DNA from: Amoebophrya sp. A120
Lineage: Eukaryota; Protista; Dinoflagellata
Length of the DNA: 64,000 bases
Direction of reading: 5' to 3'
NCBI GenBank assembly: GCA_905178155.1
Contig: CAJINV010000016.1
Span: 496,001-560,000 of the forward strand
The position numbers and the translations under genes were made by a program. The notes beneath the pieces were generated by a model, which had not been told where the DNA came from, ran no database searches, and worked only from the letters and a program-made list of their open reading frames with translations. Below, piece after piece: positions 23,901 through 36,800 of this stretch; within the stretch, counting starts at the first letter, position 1; the number at the start of each line of letters is the position of its first letter.

Positions 23901-26900
23901 CAGGTCGAAGAAAGCGCCGACGGCGGTCGTGTTTACTGCGTTGTCAGTACTAGCAGGTTCTTGCTCGTCGTTGTTCTTGTTCTTCCACTTCCTTCCCGCA
24001 TCTTTCACTTTCGAATTTGACGTCCTTTTCGACGTATCGGTGTAATCGCCGCCCACAGTTGGAACTACAAACGAATCGTCTACATGCACCCGCTCATATT
24101 CCGTGACCTGCAGTCCGCTCGCCTGTACGCTCCCGGCCGGAATGGGGAATGGGTAGGAAAACCCGACTCTTTTACTGAGCGACGATGAAAAGGCTCCATC
24201 AAGCTCAAATTGACCTGGGTCAAAACCACTTACAACTTCGTCGTCCGCATGCTCGTCCTCCCCCGAACAAAAATCAAACGTCCTCTTCTCGTTGAAAGGC
24301 TCTTTGCCCCGCGGTAGGGACGCGTGCGCGGACAAGACTACCCGGTTGACGCTGCCGTCCAGGCCCGCGCTGTCTTCGTGATTAATGAGAAACAGAGCGA
24401 CGGGCAGTCGCTGCGCCAGGGAAAAATTGAGCGTATGTTTGGAAGTAGATGAACTTGTCACGGTGCTTATGCTGCTGCCGTTGGTACTATTCCCACCCTC
24501 AACATGTTCTTGGCGATCAAACGGCAACAACCTCCTTTCCAACTGCAATTTCTTGGAATACTGCACGGAACCGACGCAGCCAAGGAGCGAGCGGTGGCTG
24601 GTTTTATTTCCGATGGTTTCACCAACATTTATGTCCTGTGGTGGTAGAGCAGCAATAGAAGAAGCCGATCCTTCTTCTTCTTTGTCCCGCTGTTCCACTG
24701 GCCGTAGGATATTCTGCTGGACTAGAAAGTCGTACTCCAAACGAAAAATTAAGGCAAAAAAATCCGAGGCGTTGGAAGGGTTTCCATTTGCATAAAGCTA
24801 ATTTTTTTTGAAACACAAGAATCAAAATCAATCGTAGGACTAGGACTTTACTAAAATTTCTTTCTCATCGTTTGATCAACATAACCCCTAACTGCGCCAA
24901 ACAAGGAAATAGCATCTGCAACGCCTGGAACCAATTTCGTATTAGCGCGTGGCACAAGCGAATCGCCCACTGCAAAACCTTCTTCATCTTTCTCAACTGG
25001 CCAAAACCGCCCTGGCCCATCAGATAAATCGTCACCCCGCGGCACACTGCTTTGTCGGAGGAATCAAAGACACACAGCGACCGGGTTTTCTTCGCTTCCG
25101 CTTCGCTTATCAACGCTTTTCGCATAGACAAAAGCTCTTTTTGCTTCTTCTCTTCCAAAGTTTTGTTCCTCAAACCTTTACCGTAGAAAAGAGCGTTCAG
25201 AGGCGGTCCTGACGGAAGTAGATGCTGGGAAGAAGTCGGAGACGTTTTCGCAGTGCTGAGCGGTGGTGCGCCAGCCTGCTGTTCTGGGACGACCGGCATT
25301 GTTTTCGTGGCGGATTGTAGTGCGGTTTCGGCAAAGTCCAAATGGTCATGATCGTCAGAAGAAGTGGAGTCTGAACTTGTTGCAACCGGCAAGTTCATCT
25401 TCACGTCGTCTTGGTCGCCAGCTCGAGTTATTGCCGTTCTTTCATCAGCATCATCATTTTTCTCCCGCCCGGTGCTATCCAGAGCCTTCCTACTTGTCGT
25501 TGTGCCAGCAGGTGGTCCTCGTGTAGCAGGCACGTAGGACTCGGGCAAGATCTTATGGGCTGCAAAAGTATCGCACTCGTATAAATGCATATACAAAAAA
25601 TTTCCTCAGCAAGAGAAATGGAATTTGTCATGCTGATTTGCCTTGGCAACAAGATTTGTATTGCAAGACTTGCATTTATACGAGTACGATACGTTTGCAC
25701 AGGATAGATCTTGAAATCCCGCAAGGTCCCTAGCAACTGCGAGCTGTCGCCCCGACACAAGTCCGCGTAGAAAGTATGGATGGCAAAAATGTCTGGGTCT
25801 GGAAGAGTCATCATGTTTCTGCATGACACAGAAGGTCTGGCATGGACGCTCTAGCATCACAGGTTTCGAGAAGCTTCCGCAATGCCGAATCCGCATGACA
25901 AATCCCCCATTTTGGTGACAGAAAGTGAGCAGCTCGTGCTGCCTGTGCATCAGAGATTTTTGTGTGTTCTGAAATGCGCATCACAAGTTACATCCTTCCA
26001 GACCCAGACATTTTTACACTTGATAGAAAGTCCTCGCGGATAAAACTGGTGCGTTGGAAATCCGGGACAAAAATTGAATCGACTGCGATGGGCAGTCTTT
26101 TATCAAAGGAATTCTATCAAATGCAAATATGTCTGGGTCTGGAAACTTCTAATGCTGAGTTGTATATAGTGAACTCTCTGTAATGCACAGCCAAGCATGA
26201 CAAATATTTGCGTTGCTTAGTGTTTCGCTTTCCGCATGACAAACTGCGCTTTGCATGACAAACAAAAGTGTCTCTTCGTGGACACGCATCACAAATTCTT
26301 CAGTCATGCCAGACAAGCATAACAAACCTTGCATCCTTCCAGACCCAGACATATTTGCAATGCATAAATTCTGGCCTTCTTCAACTGCTCTTCCGGCTCC
26401 CGGGAGGTCACCCCGCCCTGCTCCACCACCACGAGACTTGGTTTAAACTCGATGATTTTGCTCGTGATCGACTGACATCAATTGCAAATATGCCTGAGTC
26501 TGGAAGATTCTGAGACTTGTCGTGGACGTTTTGCATGAGCCATGATGTCTGTGATGCATGCCCTAGCATCACAGCTTTTTTTTGGGGCTTCTTGATGCCT
26601 ATCCCGCATGACAAAGACAAATGCCTTCTCCGCGTAGCAAAAAGTGGACTTTTCTTGCTGCTCATGCAACACAGAGTTTTTTCGAATCCAAAGACAGCAT
26701 CACAAGTTGCAGTCTTCCAGACATCCAGGGATATTTGCACTTTATAACTGAAAGTGCTGCTCCCGCTGGGTGCGGAGAATATCGAGCGATGTGAGGAGAT
26801 TCTTCTGAAAATCGAAGCTGCCCTTACCGAGCAGGAGAATCTTCTTGGAAGTTGTAGAGTTTTGCTTGGTTATAGTTACTCGTAGTTGGGACCCCGTCGT

Positions 26901-28118
26901 GTTGAGGTTGTTGCGCAGAACTTCTACTCCATTGCCATTCACCGCAACAGAAGTTGTTCCATTAATGGACATTGAACCTCCTGTGCCCGCCTGGTCGTCT
27001 CCGTTGTTCTGTTGCTGCATAAAATCGGTTACGAAGTTCGCTGTCATGGCGAAGCCCTCGAACAGGCAGGAGTCTTGAATTTTTTTCCCCGGATCGTTGC
27101 ACTTCTTAATTTTCACGTAGCTCAGCACGTCATTCGCGAGGATACAGGACTCCCGGACACGCTCTGCCTCGAAACTCGTAGTGTAGGTTAGTTGCCGGAA
27201 AGAATTTTTCTGGTCACCAGCGGTTAGGATCTTCTTGCTTTGCTTCGTTCCACCAAGAACTGCGCTATTCTCGATTTTTTCCCTCCACGCTCGCTTTTCC
27301 CTGCTTCTGGGCGGAAACCACGCTCGCTTGACGTTCGTCGCCAGCACCGGCACCAAGGTCACTTTCGCTACTGCCTGCTCGGCCAGCTTGCAGATCGTGT
27401 ACACCAGTTCCTGCCGTTCTTGATCTGACATACCACAAGCTCCTGCAGCGTTAGATTCTTCGACAACGGTGTTAGGTCTTGTTTCTACTGGAAGTGTAGT
27501 AGAAGTGCCCGGGGTCGTTCTCGTCGTCGAAGCTGCGGCTAGTATAAAAATTCCGTGCTCTTTCCCAAAACATTTTTCGTACACCGAATTGACCAAGTGC
27601 AAAGACTGCTGCTCCGAGTACAGTAATTGCTGCTTCTCCTGGAAATTATTCGCCGCCGCACCATTGCCATTGGTTGCAGCCGCCGTTGCGGAGTCGTGCA
27701 GAAGCTGTGCCTGTTTGATATTATTGCCACTACTTCCTCCTGCCGCACCTACGCCGCCCGGCTGCCCGACGAGGACCCTGGTGGCGAAAGAACTACTACC
27801 AGCCTGGGACGACGACACCACATTCGGCGTGACGCCCGAGAAAGCAGCGGCTCCACCTCCTGCGCTAGTAGAACTCGTGTTTAAAAATCGGCTGTTGTAG
27901 CAGTACTCGCACACCCGGGAGCTCTCCTCGTCGGGCCTCAAGTTCGGCACGCGGTGGTCGCTGCAGCGTCGGCAGAAAATGTTGCCACAGAACCGACAGT
28001 GGTGCTTCCGGGTGAAGAAGGAGAAACGGACGCCGCAACGAAAGCAGTAAACGGACTTCTCGTCCGGCACCCAAACCGGGGCCGGATTCGACGCGGAAGC
28101 CGCGGCGAGAAGATTCAT
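17938..28118 (-). CDS. FAB1: 1-phosphatidylinositol-3-phosphate 5-kinase FAB1/PIKfyve homolog, multi-exon
   Basis: N-terminal FYVE domain (WVPDEKSVYCFRCGVRFSFFTRKHHCRFCGNIFCRRC...RVCEYC) and a CCT-like segment (YVKIKK...DSCLFEG). PIPK motifs TGGKSGASF...YLLKQM, FDLKG, MDYSVLL and GLIDYVRPYTLDK|QVEHYAK...PSILDPAHYAQRL. TGA at 17938-17940. Confidence 0.92.
18083..18343. mobile_element. TIR introner family A
   Basis: TSD gcttg; opposite orientation to the 18578 copy. Confidence 0.9.
18578..18838. mobile_element. TIR introner family A
   Basis: TSD atctt. Confidence 0.9.
20196..20416. mobile_element. TIR introner family E
   Basis: TSD cgtcg. Confidence 0.85.
20656..20893. mobile_element. TIR introner family F
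   Basis: tatgagagtgcac / gtgcactgtcata; TSD tcgtc. Confidence 0.88.
25554..25706. mobile_element. TIR introner family C
   Basis: TSD gatct. Confidence 0.88.
25775..26025. mobile_element. TIR introner family A
   Basis: TSD gaaag. Confidence 0.9.
26115..26366. mobile_element. TIR introner family A
   Basis: TSD aattc. Confidence 0.9.
26476..26745. mobile_element. TIR introner family A (CAT left end)
   Basis: TSD actga. Confidence 0.85.
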
Positions 28119-28769
28119 GGAAGGGAGAGGTGGCACGGACCGTGCTGGTGCTCTTGCAAAAGCATTTTATTTAGGCGCTGCTGTATAGCAGCCGTTGGTG
28201 ACGGCGATTCGCACTTCTGAAGGAGGAGCTGCCGATGTATTTATAAAAAGATCATATGCGTTCATCTTCTACATTATTTATCAATTGCTGATGAAAATAG
28301 GTATCAGCGAGCAAGTCCTCGCTTGCAGCTTCATACACAGATATGCATGAGGACACACTAGCTTTCGAGCTGAAGTACACGATGGCCCCCTGAGGCAGAT
28401 CTTCGTTCTCAAATGATGCGCAGCGCCGCAACCAACAACATGAAAAGGATCAACCAGTAGTCGTGGAAAGGGCCGCCCTAGCCTTACACTTGCACCGAAA
28501 CACGAGAACGACCGAAGCAATACGCGGAACACATGCGCCTTCACCATGACGATGATAGGGCGATCGACGTAACTTGCGAGAGATGACGCACCACGTCCGC
28601 ATGATACTTGCACCCACGCTCTGCGATAGCAGAAAACATCGCCGGGATAGCTATTCCTTTAAGCCTGCACGCCGCACCACGCCCACGCAATCGTTGCGCG
28701 CTGCGACAGCAAAAGGCAACGGTGAGGCAGTTGCTCCGTCATCCACGCACCGTACGTAGGTAGGCAGCG

Positions 28770-29880
28770 CGGCCAGGCACCAAACGGGGCGGCGCAGGAC
28801 AAACTAGGTTGCGCGCCGGCACACGACAGTGCGAGACAACAAAAACTGCCTGAAGGCCGCGCGCTGTCGGAGTGGCGGAAGCACGCAGGCAATTAGGGGC
28901 GCCAAGCAAAATGAACCCGCCCACCGAAATAAGGGGGCGAGAGGACATGCCGGGGCGAGGGCCCTGGACGTACGAGCACGCCCGGGCGCGGGGGCAGGCT
29001 TCCGCCGAAAGACATCGGCGGGGCCACGAGGGCCGCGGCACGAGGGGCCTCCTAAATGCTTGCGAAATCACGGGCGGGGGGGGGGGGGGCGGGGCGCCAC
29101 ACGTCTTCACTCTGCGGCTTCTGCGGCGCCTTTCCCTTTCTTTGTTGGCGATCGCCTTCCGCAACGCGAAGTTTGTCCGGCGCCCGCGGCGCCCGCGACT
29201 TCTTGGCTGTCTGGCGGTCCCCGGCCCGCCCCTCTTGCGCAGGGCGCGAACCCAAACAAAGAAAGGCCGGGAGGCGGCCCGAGGCGCCCGCGCCCCCCGC
29301 GCGCAAGCTACGCCGCCGGCCCAGGTGGGCCGGCGCCCTGTGTGTTGGCTACTTACCGGGTGCCCTTCGTCCGAGTCCCGGGAAGAAGCCGCGCCGGCTT
29401 TTCTTCCTTCGCACACAGTGCCAGGGGCGCGCACTCACGGGCAAGGGAAAACCACGCCCCCCACCCACTCCCGGGGGCGCGGGGTCGGGCGGGCCGGGCG
29501 GGGAACCGCGCAGGCAGGCGAAGCCAGCCGGGCGCGGTGCCGACACTCCAAGCGCCCACCGAAAGAAACGCGCCGCGATGATCGGAAAACTGTCAGTCGG
29601 CCCGCCCTGATCGGCGCCATGTACTCGATGCACGAGGTCGGGGGCTTGTCGGCGTCCTCCGGGGAAAAAGCGTAGCGCCCAAATGGCGCAGGGCGGGCCT
29701 GGTTGTACAGCGATACGGACGGGGGGCCGCGCTGCCCCCGGTTTCATGGGGCCCGGAGAATAATGGCGGGCCGGCTTCCCAGGCGGCTACTGCGTAGGCG
29801 GGGCGGGGCCCGCCCCGGGCGGCCTGCTCGCGCCTTCCGCTGTAACACCGTAGCAGGCCGCCCCTGCCTCGCCAGAAAGC
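28770..29880. other. GC-rich intergenic island
   Basis: Same composition; includes a long G run at about 29077-29089. Confidence 0.6.
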
Positions 29881-30899
29881 TTACACTGGTGAAACAGTGG
29901 CAGCATCTTACTCCATCGAAAAGGCAGCGCCATCGGCATCGCAGCATTTCATATGCGACAGATAATATTTCAGTTTGCAACTCCTTGCCGGGAACACAAG
30001 TGCACACATTGCCAAGCGCGCCACACTCTTGGCGTATTCCCGTACTTCTTTTCGAGATGTAGCTGATTTACTCCACTAATAATCATGTGGCATAAAGACC
30101 CTGTTTCTTTTTTTGCTTCAAAGATCCTTGTCCCGGTGTCAGATCACGGCACTTACCTAACTTTCTTTATCTATGGGACGTCACTTCTTTTCTTCTGTGT
30201 TTATCGACTGTCAAACTTTCCGACTGTGCCTTAGCCTAGTGCATACTCTGTTGAGCTAGGAAGTCATAAATTTTGTCTTTTACAGACCCCCTGTTATTCA
30301 TGCTATACTGGCTTCAAATCTTCTTTTTCAATATACAACTATGTACTGCTTAGGGCTGAATTAGAATTACTCTCGGGTTTTATAGAGACGCACTGCTCGT
30401 CTGCTCTGTTCTGCATTGGTAATGGTATTAACTGGTAGAGTTTTGCATCTTTCCTGTCTTGTGAAAAGGATGAGCTGAACGAAAAGCTTTGACTCGTTTA
30501 ACATTTCATAGTGTTTGTTTTGCTTGATATTATGGAAACCTGTTAGTGTTGGAAAGAAAGGAGAAAGTGAAGCCTGCTGGTCGTGCTGTTGCTGGTGGTG
30601 GTACGAGATGAAACGACTCTAAAAACAATTAACGTAATATCGTACTTGTAGGTGAAGTGAAGGCACTTCTACCGTTGGTCTTGGGAAGAAAGATAAAAGT
30701 GTATCCATGAAACGTAAGCCTAAGCGTATAACTAACTCTCTATGCATAAAAATAATTTCAGTCCGACTTATTTTTTTCACTGCCACTGCAAATGAAATAG
30801 GAGCTTTGGTGAAGAAGGCCTTGAAGCAGTGAAACAAGTTCATCTTGTTGAATTTTGTACTACATTGTTCCGCGAGGGGGCGAGCGAAAGTAAAAATCG

Positions 30900-33800
30900 C
30901 CATCGTCCCGATCGCGCCCCATAGAAGTTTTTTGCATAACCTAATTTTCCCATCCTCAAACTGTTTTGTTTTTCGACTGTTATCCTGACGGATTGGTGGA
31001 TGGTATTTCTGATTCGGGCCTTATGCCGCGTCAATCACCGCCTGCTCTTCCGTTGTGGCGTTTAACATGCGCTCCCGCAGACTATCCGCATGACTGCCCT
31101 ATCAAGTGCAAAAATGTCTGGGTCTGGAAGAGTGTAGACTTGTCATGCAGATTTTCCATGACCCATGACCATGAGGTCTGGAGTGCGGGACTTAGCATGG
31201 CAGACTCTGTCTGCGAGGTCTCTACCATGCCTATTCTGCATGAGAAACTCCGTTCCAAATTGGTCAAAAGTGGACAGCTTTTGGCACTCATGCAACACAG
31301 ATTTTTGCATGCTTCAGATTTACCATGGCAAGTTGCAATCTTCCAGACCCAGACTACATTTTTGCAATTCATATGCCCACTCCCGATCCGATACTTGGGC
31401 TCGCGGTGGAGATTTTCTTCGGGACGGAGGGCATCTGGCTCTGGGAAACGGCTTATCCGGGTGAAAAATGGGTCCCACACTCCAAAGTCACGCTGCCAAA
31501 TCTGCAAGACAAATGCAAACCCCGACGTTTTGGTCGTGTCGCATGACAACTTTGGCTCTGTCTTGCTGGGAAAGATTTGGGCACGAGCTAGTCCAGCCGC
31601 ACCACAAATTGGAATTGCCCACTACATCCTGATAGATTAGAAAATCAGAATTTTTTCTCAAACACCATTGAAAAAGAACGGAGCTGCTGCGCATGACATA
31701 CACTCTCCGCATGTAGATTTACATGATACATCTGGGGTGTGGACGTCTTTTACTTCGGATAAGGCTTCCTCAAAAGCGACGGCATCTGAACCAGAGCTTC
31801 CTTGTGGGCTGTCGGACTGATAGTGATGGGTTTACAAGTTTTGATTTGAGTACTTTGTTTGTCCTACATCACAAACATCGTTTGTTTTGCATCAGTACGC
31901 ATCACAAATCAAATCTATACTGGTGGTTGGATCTCTGACACTCTTGGCCTTTCCGCGTAGTACGAATCCAACTTAAGGATATCCTGTAAAAAAGTAGTAT
32001 CTCACACAACTTGTAGCAATTGCAATACTGCGTGACAAATCTCATATCTTAGGTGCAGCAGCATCACAAATTCCATTTGTTCTCATGCTAAGCTAATTTG
32101 TATCGCAATTCTTACTAGGAGGGTATGATACTTTTTCTTAGGATACGTGAAGAAGTTTGACAATTGCTCGAACAGAGTCCCTTGTGATCGGCAGATATGC
32201 AAGGCAAATTTGCTGAGTTGAGCCATGATTAGATTTTGTTCACCAGGTATGTTTACTTTCATTCCATCTTGTATTAATTCACATACTCCCTTATGCACTT
32301 TGATAAATGCATTTTCAGACGTGGTCCTGGTGTGGTCCCTAGGTTGCTCTTATGCAAATCTCAAGAACAAATGCTCCGACCAACTCAGCCATATCAACGT
32401 CCGCTGGATAATCACCCTGCGTGAAGTTGTCGTAGTAGTTCAGCACCATGAAGATTTGTCGCTTGAAGTCCCGCAACGCCACTTTCTTTTGCTCTGTATA
32501 GAAATTTTTGATGTTTTTTATGTCGACGGTGTTGTTCTATCTTGGCACGAAACATGATTGAAAATCCGCATGAGAAATCACTCTTCCCTAGGTGCATTTT
32601 GCAACACAAATAATTTTCATACATCTCTAGTACAATAGAATACCGTCCATCTTCTCCTTCATTCGCTTCGATTTATTCTTCGCGACGTCGTAGTGCACGA
32701 CATACTCATACCACAAGCTCATCGCGGCCTCATAGCGGTGCGCCGAGTACCACAGGATCATGACCGCCACACCCATCAGCGCCAACCCAAACGGCGCCAG
32801 CCCGACCTGTTGCGTGGAGTCGTCGTTTTGCTTTTCCTCGGCCGCTCCTGCTGCCATCGTGGAGTTCTATCCTGTGTAGAAACTACGACAGCAGTCCAGC
32901 AATTGAAATTTTTGTCGGTAAGCATCTGCAAATAAATGTTTCTCATGTAACGCAGCCACATAAAAAGCATTTCCTCAATGCTATCCTGAAATTTGTGATG
33001 CTAGGGTCAGGATGAGGCGATCCACATGTGATGGTGATGGTAAGGTTGCAGCTGCACTACCTAAGTTTTAAACACGACCGTACTACGAGCGTAGCAAACT
33101 TGTCATGCGCGACATTCAAAGGCTGTTGGCTTGTCTAGCAAAATCCTAGTGTAGTTGACTCTAGAGAGAAGACGTCGTCGTGTCTTTACACAGGATAAGT
33201 TCGTTGCCGCCGTCGCGTTTGTAACCACTGGCGGTGCGGGGGTAAGTGTGACACCATAGAAGTCACGGGGCTTCTCGACCAGGCGGATCATCCCGGAGGC
33301 AAAGATCTCGTGGACCGGCGCAAAGTCGATGAAGACAAACAGAGCGCCAAACACGAAGAGGCAAACACCGGTCAGCAAACCTATTTTTGATTCACATTCA
33401 ACAAGAGGAGTCTTTTCACGATTTTTGTGAAGATGCAAGGTCACGCACAACATGCCGAGGAGTTTTGTCATGCCTAAATGCGATGTGAAGTCGAAAGAGT
33501 TCAACAAGCCTTTCGGCTTTTTCAATTTCATTTTCCGCTACAGGCACTACACTCATAACTACCTTTCCTCGGGTGGAAGAACAAGCCCTGGAAATCGATC
33601 GCCCCGACATCCGACTTATCAAATGCAAACGCGTCTGGATCTGGAAGATTGCCAGGTTTGTCATGCATATTTTGCATGACCCAGAATGCCTGTAAAGCAT
33701 GACCTAGCATCACATATTCTTAACGGGCTTCCTTATGCCCATTCCGCATGAGAAATGCCGCTCTTCGCGTAGCATAAACTGGACTCCTCTTGCTGGTCAT

Positions 33801-36800
33801 GCAACACGGAAGTTTTTAATATCCAAAAGCAGCATCACAAGTTCTTGCAACCTTCCAGAGACCCAGACATATTTGCAATGCATAGGACTCCTCAAACCGC
33901 ACGATCTCCACGTCGTGCGGCAGCGTGCGACTGGGTTCGTACCCGTACGCCTCTGCCTGCGACATCTGCCACTCGTCCGCGCCTATCTCGAGCGAGCGCC
34001 GCCGTTGCCGGGCCATCTTCACCGCGTTCTTCGTGCGCAGGACGCACACATTCCTGATTTCGTCTGGATAGAAGTAGAGCAGGCGCGTCTCGTAGATGGG
34101 CAGAGCACGGACGTAGGAAAGATCCACCTTGTACTGTTTCTCGTCGTCCTCATCCCCGTTTTCAAACATGGAAGCGCGCGCGGCGTTGGACTGGGATTTG
34201 CATTTCGATCTGCATCTTGTCTTACTTCTGCCTAACAAAGCTCATTTCAGATTCGAATCCTGCAAAAATCGATGACAGAAAATTCGATCATCCAAAATCC
34301 TGAACGAAGCGCTTTTTACCTGCGACGCCGTCACACTCGCCCTTCTGGAATCCCGGGCTTTTTTGTTCGACATGGACTGCGAGCCTGTGTCCTTTGCGGA
34401 ATCGATTAACTTCTTCACGTCCTTGGAGAGACTGTGGTTTTGCAGCTGCTATGCATTGCAAATATGTCTGGGTCTGGAAGGATGCGAAATTGTCATCCAC
34501 ATTTTGCATGACCCGTAACGTCTGTGATGCTGGTGCTAGCATCACAGATTTTTTGAGAGCTTCTTGATGCTAATTGCGCATGAGAAATGCCCTCTCCGCG
34601 TGCCAAAACCTGACTCCTCTTGCTGCTTATGCAACACAGATATTTTTAGAATCCGCAGACAGCATTACAAGTTCTACTCTTCCAGGCCCGGACATATTTG
34701 CAGTTGATAGCTGCGCGTACGCTTCCGGATCTTCACGCATCAGCTCCTGCTCCTTCTCGTAGATTTCGAACGCCAAATCCTCCAAATCCGTCCCCTATGC
34801 ATTGCAAATATGTCTGGGTCTGGAAACTTGTAATGCTAAAAGTGAATGAGAGGCCCACGGCAATACGGAGCCAAGCATGACAAATTTTTGGGCTCGTATG
34901 TGTTGCGTGTTCCGCATTTCAAATTGCGTTTTTGCATGACAGGTAAGAGGACCGCTTCGTGCCCATGCATCACAGATTCTCGAGTCATGTCAGATATGCA
35001 CGACAAATGTAGCAATCTTCCAGACCCAGACATATTTGCATTTGATATCCCCTGCGGCTGCTCGATCATGGATGCCGGCGCCTCGCAGACGTGCCCATAC
35101 AGTGGGTCGACTGCAGCGAGGCCTTTGGAATGTTCCACGGAGGCGTCCTTGATGTACTCGGACTGGTCCTGCTCGCGCAACGGGAACCAGAGCAGGTAGT
35201 ACACGGCGATGATGTAAAAGAGGAAGGGCACGTAGGAAGCGGAGGCCCGCATGACAATCAGGACCCCCTTCGTATCCTCAGCAAAAACTTCCCCTCCACC
35301 CCAGAGTTGTAATGCAAATGCACAATGACAGGAACGCTTGTAATGCGCATCCCCATGAAAGGCATTTCCACTCGTGATTTGGCATTTGTAATGCTGTAAA
35401 CAGGATAAGCGCATGGATTTGTAATGCCGCTGTCCTTTCCAACCAGAACTACACTGCGTACTGCAACCTGTCATGCGTGACTGCCAAAGCTTCTGGATTT
35501 GTGTTGCGAAAGCCTCATCTTGACTCTGGTGGGGGGACGTTTTTACCCAGGATACTTCGGCTGGCACTCCCCGTTCGGGCAGTCCTGCACCAAACCGTCC
35601 GGGGTTTTGTTCAGGTTCGGGTCGTAGCCGAAGTTTTGCATCAGGACGAAGGGGACAAACTGTGCGGGGAGCTCGAGGAATTTAGGAATGAAGCTTTTGC
35701 ACATCATGTACTGGGCTTCCCGTCGCTTTCCCGAGAGAAACTCGTCGTAATCCACCACGTCGTTCAACATGGAGTCAAACAAAAAGTGGCTGCCCTGCGC
35801 CAGACCCATGAAGACCGCCTGCATCCCGAGACTACTCATTTTGGCGTCGTACTTGAGGACGAAGCCCATGTTCAACCACACCAAAGCGTACAGGATCGCA
35901 CCCAGGAAGAAAGCGCGGAACTTCCCGATGCGGTTCGACAGCGGCTTCCAGAACGTGGGGACCGAGATATTGAGAGGAAAAATAAATCCCCCCTCCCCAA
36001 ATCGAAAGGGTATGCTTCCGAAAATTTGTGCTGCAGATTTCTGACCACAAATCCTGTCTGTCTTGCGAGACGGCAAATCCAGGCTCTCTGCCACTCTATA
36101 CGGGCGATTTGTAACGCTGTAAGGACTATAGGGCAGCCGTCTACCATGCTAGGCGCCTACACCAAAAGGCCCCTAACTAGGCTGGCTATCTGCGTGCGGT
36201 CCTCTACTGCAAAACAAATCTGATTTGTGTACGCAAATCGAGCATGACAGATTTCCTTTTCGATATGGGGAGGGGGGATTTTTCCTTTTGATACGAGATG
36301 ACCGCAACGAAGGCCATGCCCACCAGCACCGTGGCGATCGCAGAGCTCGCTTATCCTGTGTAAAAACGTCCCCACGCCATAGTTGTCATGCAACTCTGCA
36401 TGCGTAAAATGTTTCTCATGCGGAGCCCCATGAGAAGCGTTTTCTAATGCGGTTTTGAAATTTGTCATGCTCCAATCAGCATGAGCTACTAGATCTGTAA
36501 TGCTGCTGAACTTGCTCAAATAGCACTACACTACGCGTCCAAATTTGTCATGCCAAACAACCAAAGCTGTGAGATTTGCTTAGCAGATTTCCCATGTTGA
36601 CTCTGGTGTGTGGACGTTTTTACAACACAGGATATCGCTTCAAAATTGTTTTCGCCCACCAGCCAGGTCATCACATACGGGAGGACGATGAAGGGGAACC
36701 GCGCCCCGACCGCTTCGATGCACTCGGCGACTATCAAATGCAGAAATGTCTGGGTCTGGAAGAGTGTAAGCTTGTCATGCAGGTTTTTCATGACCCAGGA

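Noticed and set aside
21007-24795. Long plus-strand ORFs (e.g. 21715-22878)
   Set aside because: Antisense shadows of the FAB1 low-complexity exon.
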